Shown: one piece after another, positions 58,813 through 64,000 of the stretch
Position numbering within the stretch: position 1 is the first letter of the stretch
Layout of the letters: every line of letters starts with the position of its first letter
Assembly: GCA_009781475.1 (NCBI GenBank)
Contig: WQYB01000001.1
Coordinates: 4,489-68,488, forward strand
Length of the DNA: 64,000 bases
Direction of reading: 5' to 3'
Origin: Treponema sp.
GTDB lineage: Bacteria > Spirochaetota > Spirochaetia > Treponematales > Breznakiellaceae
Notes under the pieces: model-generated
Databases searched by the model: none
What the model was told of the DNA's origin: nothing
What the model saw: only the letters and a program-made list of their open reading frames with translations
Made by a program: the position numbers and the translations under genes

Positions 58813-60399
58813 CTAACGTTTTTTAAGTCCAACATATGGATGGATGTTTAATATATTCGAATACCAACCCTGCCATACACTTAAATCGATCATGTTCTGT
58901 GAAACATAAAAATAAATTGGAATAACAGCCTGATCTTGTGTGATTCCGATTTCTTCGGCTTGAAGCATAATCGCATTTCTTTCAGGACCATAAGGCATCA
59001 TGCCGGCTTGACTCAATAATTGATCGTATTCAGCATTGGAATAGCTGCCGTCATTGTTTCCAAGACCTGTTATTAAAAGGTCAAGAAGGTTCTGCGGATC
59101 GATATAGTCTGCAACCCATCCTGCGCGTGCAATCTGGAATTGTCTTTCGTTTCTTGCATCAAGATAGGTTCCCCATTCCATGTTGCGAAGTTCTATGTTC
59201 ACGCCAAGATTATTTCTCCAAGCCTGCTGTAAGTACTCGCCGATAATTCTGTGAGCGTCGCTTGTATTGTAAAGATAATCAAATGTAGGAAGCCCTTGTC
59301 CGTTTGCATATCCTGCTTCAGCAAGAAGTCTTCTGGCTTCATCAAGATTAAAGCCGTTTCCGGCTGCAGGAGTATAAGTACCCATTCCCGGAGGAACAAG
59401 TGATAATGCAGGAAGCTGTCCGCCTCTTATAACATTGTCGATAAGTTCATCGCGGTCAATTGCCATAGAAAGGGCTTTACGCACTCTTGGATCTCTTAAA
59501 GCTCTGTGAGAATTATTTTCCTGATTAATAAGAAGATAATAAGTTCCTGCTTCCGGGTTTACATGATAATCCCTGTGAAGTTTAACTTCGTTAATTCTTG
59601 CCAAAGGAACATCAGTGCCCCAGTCAATTTCTCCGTTCAAAAATGCATTGTAAGAAGTGTTTTGATCTTCGATAGGAAGGAATGTAATTTTTGTTAAATG
59701 TACATTTGCTTTGTCCCAGTATTTTTCATTCGGAACAACAGTAATTCTGTTGCCGGGAATATTTTCTGAAAGAACAAACGGACCGTTACCAACGATATTT
59801 TCAACTCTTGTCCAGTTGGTTCCATGAGCATTAATAACATGCATCGGAAGAGGGCTGAACGCATAGTGCGCCATAATATCAATCGCGTAACCTACCGGAC
59901 CTACAAGAGTTACTTCCAATGTTCTTGGGTCAACTGCGCGGATTGCAACATCTTCTCGTCTGCCGGTTCCGCTATTATAAGCATCAGCGCCTTTTACAAC
60001 CATACCCATCATGTATGCATAATAAGAGCCGGTTGCAGGATCAAGGTGATGAAGCCACGAATCTACAATTTGCTGTGCGGTAATCGCAGTGCCGTCACTC
60101 CAGGTAATCCGATTACGGATTGTAAAAGTGATTACATCTCCTTCACTGTTAAATGTCCAGCTTTCTGCTACACCGGGTATTGCAAGAGCAGTCTGCGGAT
60201 CATAGCGAACAAGCCCTTCAAAAAGAGCCATATAAACGCGGTGTTCAGGAACACCTGTAACCTGGCTAGGGTCTAAGGACTGGATATCTGTTCCATTGTT
60301 AATCACCATTTCCATAGCGGTTCTTTCACCGCCGTGACAAGATATTAAAAGCAAACTCGCAACTAATATCAAACTCAATATTAAACCTGTTTTTTTCAT
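58813..60399 (-). CDS. oppA: Oligopeptide-binding lipoprotein
   Basis: LLLISC lipobox, SLDP, LFEGL, PGVAESW, GNGPF, RAGWVADY. Confidence 0.92.
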   Translation of the reverse strand: MKKTGLILSLILVASLLLISCHGGERTAMEMVINNGTDIQSLDPSQVTGVPEHRVYMALFEGLVRYDPQTALAIPGVAESWTFNSEGDVITFTIRNRITWSDGTAITAQQIVDSWLHHLDPATGSYYAYMMGMVVKGADAYNSGTGRREDVAIRAVDPRTLEVTLVGPVGYAIDIMAHYAFSPLPMHVINAHGTNWTRVENIVGNGPFVLSENIPGNRITVVPNEKYWDKANVHLTKITFLPIEDQNTSYNAFLNGEIDWGTDVPLARINEVKLHRDYHVNPEAGTYYLLINQENNSHRALRDPRVRKALSMAIDRDELIDNVIRGGQLPALSLVPPGMGTYTPAAGNGFNLDEARRLLAEAGYANGQGLPTFDYLYNTSDAHRIIGEYLQQAWRNNLGVNIELRNMEWGTYLDARNERQFQIARAGWVADYIDPQNLLDLLITGLGNNDGSYSNAEYDQLLSQAGMMPYGPERNAIMLQAEEIGITQDQAVIPIYFYVSQNMIDLSVWQGWYSNILNIHPYVGLKKR

Positions 60400-60536
60400 A
60401 TTTACCTCCAAAATATGTTTAATATTATCAATTATACTGGATTTAGACAAGAACGATTTTTTTTCTGGAAAAAACCTGATAGTATAGGGTTTTAATATAT
60501 TGAAAATACTCTAATTTTTTGATATTTTTTCAAATA

Positions 60537-61268
60537 ATGAAAAAAAATGCAGCCCCAAAAATAGCTGTCACTTCAAAACCTCCTCCCCTAACAAAACGTG
60601 AGCATGAAATATACAACCTCCTGTTAAAAGGCTCCTCGCTTAAAGAAATTTCTTACAAACTAAATATTCAATACGATACAGTTTATTTTCACCAAAGAAA
60701 CCTGTTTCGTAAGTTAAATATAGAAAACATACATGAATTTTTAATAAAACACCTGCAAGACCCGTCTTTAAAAAATATTGTTCATGCAGAAAATGGAATT
60801 TCTCCTGTTTTTACAAGCTGGAAAACAATTATAGATAATGATTCATCAATAAATCTTTCCATAACAGGCGAACAAAACGATTTATGTTATGAAATTTCCG
60901 GGACAATGAATACCGATACTAAATCCTTCGCCGGAATTTATACAATTCCTGAATCTTCTACACTGGAATTAATGAAAAAAATGACTTCATTTTCTTTTAA
61001 TGTTTCCGGTGATGAAAATTATTATGTAGCTATTATTACAACATCAGATACCAGAAAAAAAGCCAATCACAATCATTATCATAAATTGTTTAAAGCGCCA
61101 AAAGACAAAGTATCAACAATTCATGTAAAAATAAGCGATCTTTCTCAGAATACTGATTGGGGTAATAAAGTAAAATTTAATCAAAAAAACGCGGAAGTAT
61201 TTCAATTTAATATTCACAGTACCGGAGATTTTTATTTTAAAATTTGGGATATCAAGTTTTATTTATAA
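60537..61268 (+). CDS. LuxR-type HTH (N-terminal) fused to a CIA30/CBM-like domain
   Basis: LTKREHEIYNLLLKGSSLKEISYKL..TVYFHQRNLFRKL; C-terminal half aligns with the GH5 tail at 62560-63002. Confidence 0.85.
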   Translation: MKKNAAPKIAVTSKPPPLTKREHEIYNLLLKGSSLKEISYKLNIQYDTVYFHQRNLFRKLNIENIHEFLIKHLQDPSLKNIVHAENGISPVFTSWKTIIDNDSSINLSITGEQNDLCYEISGTMNTDTKSFAGIYTIPESSTLELMKKMTSFSFNVSGDENYYVAIITTSDTRKKANHNHYHKLFKAPKDKVSTIHVKISDLSQNTDWGNKVKFNQKNAEVFQFNIHSTGDFYFKIWDIKFYL

Positions 61269-61284
61269 AAATTACTTATACTAA

Positions 61285-61305
61285 AACCTAAAGATTTTTT
61301 AGGTT
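61285..61305. promoter_or_regulatory. Inverted repeat AACCTAAA-N5-TTTAGGTT, candidate LuxR-type operator upstream of an extended -10 (TGTTATATT, 61325-61333)
   Basis: Perfect 8-bp dyad centred at about -45 of the predicted GH5 start site; could instead be a terminator. Confidence 0.5.
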
Positions 61306-61361
61306 AATTTTACCTCCTTTCTGTTGTTATATTTATATAATGACACTTATGGAGGAAATTT

Positions 61362-63002
61362 ATGAAAAAATATAGTTTTATACGTTATATGGCAATTGCT
61401 GTAATATTTACTGTAATCAGTATTTCTGCCGCTTTTGCAAATCCGCCTGCAACCCCACGGCAGTTCAATGACATAACAGCAACGGAGCTTGTTGCTAATA
61501 TTGGAGTAGGCTGGAATCTGGGTAATGGTCTTGATGTTGTACCTGAAAATCCACAGCATGAAGCAGATTTTAGAAACAATTTAACTATATCTCAAATGGA
61601 ATCATTTTGGGGGCATCCTGCCGCTACAAGAGCGAATATTACTGCTGTAAAAAACGCCGGATTTAACGCGATAAGAATTCCTGTTTCCTGGTCAAAAGTA
61701 GTTGATTCAAATTATAATATCCGCGCTGACTGGATGGCACGAATTACAGAAGTTGTAAACTGGGCTGTTGAAAACGATATGTATATTATTCTTAATACCC
61801 ATCATGACGAAAGTATTTTTAAGTTTACTAACAGCGAAGTTGAAACCTCTCTTAGAGCTTTCAGAAGAGTTTGGGAGCAAATTGCGTTTAACTTTAGAAA
61901 CTATAACGAAAAACTTGTATTTGAAGCATTAAATGAACCCAGAACAGTAGGAGTTTGGTATGAATGGTTAGGGGGTATCGATGAGGAAAGAGCTAATCTC
62001 AATAGGCATTATCAGGTTTTTGTTGATGTAGTAAGGGCAAGCGGCGGTAATAACGATAAACGCATTTTAATGATTACTCCTTACAGCGGAGGACATGAAT
62101 CGGCTCTTAATGGACTTGTGCTTCCGAATGATACAGTGCCAAATAAATTGATTGTTTCAATACATGCTTATGAACCTAATCCTTTTTGCTCTCCGCATTC
62201 TCATCTGGGAAATACATCTACCTGGAGTGCAAATAATACAAGAGATACAAGAGTCATACGTGATTTTTTTACGCCTGTTTATAACAGGTTTATAAGAAAT
62301 GGAATTCCTGTAATATTAGGCGAGTTTGCTTCATGGGATAAAAATAATACTGGTGCAAGAGCCGCACATGCCGAGTATTTTGTTAATCATGCAAAGAGCC
62401 TGGGTATTCCCTGTTTCTGGTGGGATGCGGATGGCATGAGTATTTTAAACAGATATGCAAGTACGTTTGATTTCCCGGAAATTGTAAATGCTTTAATGAA
62501 AGGAGCAGGAGTTAATACACCGGTTCTGCCTCCAAAACCGGTTGTAGAAGGCACTGCCGCTGTTTTTCCAATAGGTGCATGGCAAGAAGGAAGTGATAAT
62601 AATTCTAGAGTCATACGATTAGGCTGGCATAGGATTCAAGGGACTTTGGCAAGAGACGGTTATGCTTTTCTTAGCGCTGTTCCTGATACTGCCACGTTAA
62701 ATCTTATGAGAAGAATGAAATCTTTTTCTTTTATGGTCTTTGGAGACGGCAAACGTTACGAAGTAATGATACAAACCACCGACACTAGTGTTGCGCATAA
62801 CAATTATCGTTTTACATTTACAGCTCCCGCCGGTGTAGCAACAAGAATAACCGTCAATGTTCCCGCGGATCTAAGACAAGCTGATTGGGGTGGACATGGC
62901 GTTGTTCCTTTTAACCAGAGGAATGTGCAGAATTTTATTTTTGCACCAACGGCTCCGGGAACATTTGACATTGCTGTTTGGGATATAAGGATAATTCAGT
63001 AG
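61362..63002 (+). CDS. Secreted GH5 endoglucanase with C-terminal CIA30/CBM-like module
   Basis: Signal peptide; GWNLGNGLD, RIPVSW, LNTHHD, FEALNEP, IHAYEP, LGEF, FWWD. Confidence 0.92.
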   Translation: MKKYSFIRYMAIAVIFTVISISAAFANPPATPRQFNDITATELVANIGVGWNLGNGLDVVPENPQHEADFRNNLTISQMESFWGHPAATRANITAVKNAGFNAIRIPVSWSKVVDSNYNIRADWMARITEVVNWAVENDMYIILNTHHDESIFKFTNSEVETSLRAFRRVWEQIAFNFRNYNEKLVFEALNEPRTVGVWYEWLGGIDEERANLNRHYQVFVDVVRASGGNNDKRILMITPYSGGHESALNGLVLPNDTVPNKLIVSIHAYEPNPFCSPHSHLGNTSTWSANNTRDTRVIRDFFTPVYNRFIRNGIPVILGEFASWDKNNTGARAAHAEYFVNHAKSLGIPCFWWDADGMSILNRYASTFDFPEIVNALMKGAGVNTPVLPPKPVVEGTAAVFPIGAWQEGSDNNSRVIRLGWHRIQGTLARDGYAFLSAVPDTATLNLMRRMKSFSFMVFGDGKRYEVMIQTTDTSVAHNNYRFTFTAPAGVATRITVNVPADLRQADWGGHGVVPFNQRNVQNFIFAPTAPGTFDIAVWDIRIIQ

Positions 63003-63020
63003 GGTATTACTATTATTAAA

Positions 63021-64000
63021 ATGAGTGGTTTTATAAAAAAAATATTGGCTGTTACTTCTATTATATTTATCTGTGTTTTTATGATTAGTTGCATAAAAAC
63101 AGATGAATTGGACAAAGGTAGTTCTAATGTAAATACTCCAGAACCAATGTCTTCCAAATCAGCATTGCAGTATTTTAGAGATGAGGGTATTAAAATTGGC
63201 ATAAATATTGGTGATACTCTTGATGCATGTGACAGTTGGACAGATCCCAAAAACCCTGTGGCAATCGAAACAATATGGCATAATCCATTAATAAATCAGG
63301 AATATCTTAATGGTCTGAAAAATCTTGGGTTTGATATTGTTAGAATTCCTGTAACATGGATGGGGCACATTGGTCCTGCTCCTGATTATAAAGTAAGCGA
63401 GACAAGGCTTAAACGTATTGCCGATGTTGTCGGTTATGCAAAAACTGCCGGATTAAAAGCAATTATCAATATGCACCATGATGGTTATGAAGGTCATAAA
63501 GGATGGCTTTTTGTAAAAGAAGCTCCAGGTGATCCTTCAATTACAGTTAAGTTTGAAAAGGTATGGGAACAAATTGCCGAATATTTTAAAAACTACGGCG
63601 ATTATCTTATGTTCCAGGCTTTCAACGAGTTGCATGACGGCAGTTGGAAAATGACAGGCACTCCTTTGGAATATGCTATCATAAACGACTGGAACCAAAG
63701 ATTTACAAATGCGGTACGGCGTACCGGTTCAAATAATTCCACTCGTTATCTTTTATATTATGGATATATGACAAGTTATGAAATCGCAGGTGCAGATTAT
63801 TTAAAATTTAAACTGCCGTCTGATGGTAGTAATTCTGGAAGACAAATTGTTGGTTTTCATTGGTATGATCCTTTTGATTTTGTTTTTAATAGTTCATCAC
63901 ACCTTTGGCCTAATAGTTCTTTAAGAGGAAATAGAGATGCGATTAATACAGTTTTTATGAACTTTAAAACAAGATTTATTGACAATGGAATTCCTGTAAT
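63021..64000 (+). CDS. GH5 endoglucanase lipoprotein, 3' end outside window
   Basis: Own translation: MSGFIKK..FMISC lipobox, GINIGDTLD, RIPVTW, INMHHDG, FQAFNELH, FHWYDP, NGIPV. Confidence 0.88.
   Translation, partial: MSGFIKKILAVTSIIFICVFMISCIKTDELDKGSSNVNTPEPMSSKSALQYFRDEGIKIGINIGDTLDACDSWTDPKNPVAIETIWHNPLINQEYLNGLKNLGFDIVRIPVTWMGHIGPAPDYKVSETRLKRIADVVGYAKTAGLKAIINMHHDGYEGHKGWLFVKEAPGDPSITVKFEKVWEQIAEYFKNYGDYLMFQAFNELHDGSWKMTGTPLEYAIINDWNQRFTNAVRRTGSNNSTRYLLYYGYMTSYEIAGADYLKFKLPSDGSNSGRQIVGFHWYDPFDFVFNSSSHLWPNSSLRGNRDAINTVFMNFKTRFIDNGIPV

Overview
AT-rich bacterial chromosome segment, most likely from a Treponema-like (gut or termite-type) spirochaete. This is inferred from the infC-rpmI-rplT-ZapB-like-zapA and galK-like-surE-TPR-NHL gene orders, a MalT-like LuxR regulator and GH5/CIA30-type proteins. 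Left to right it holds: a MalT-like regulator and class III cyclase; a corrinoid methyl-transfer cluster (ASKHA activator, three UroD/MtaA-family proteins, corrinoid protein, MFS); a fused-E1/E3/E2 dehydrogenase linked to PHP, SDR, SorE-like and LplA genes; GH5 glucanases; transporters; arg genes; translation genes; an opp operon; and a LuxR-CIA30/GH5 locus. I saw no rRNA, tRNA, CRISPR or transposase. The most notable non-annotated signals are: (1) two inverted lox-like sites (12-8-12 bp, identical core) flanking the promoter of an outer-membrane beta-barrel gene, a candidate invertible promoter; (2) a dispersed family of ~80-bp palindromes built from 8-10-nt tandem units, several read in frame inside proteins; (3) a LuxR regulator whose sensor domain is homologous to the C-terminal module of the adjacent GH5; (4) frequent leaderless promoter architecture. 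All family assignments come from motif recognition, without database searches.
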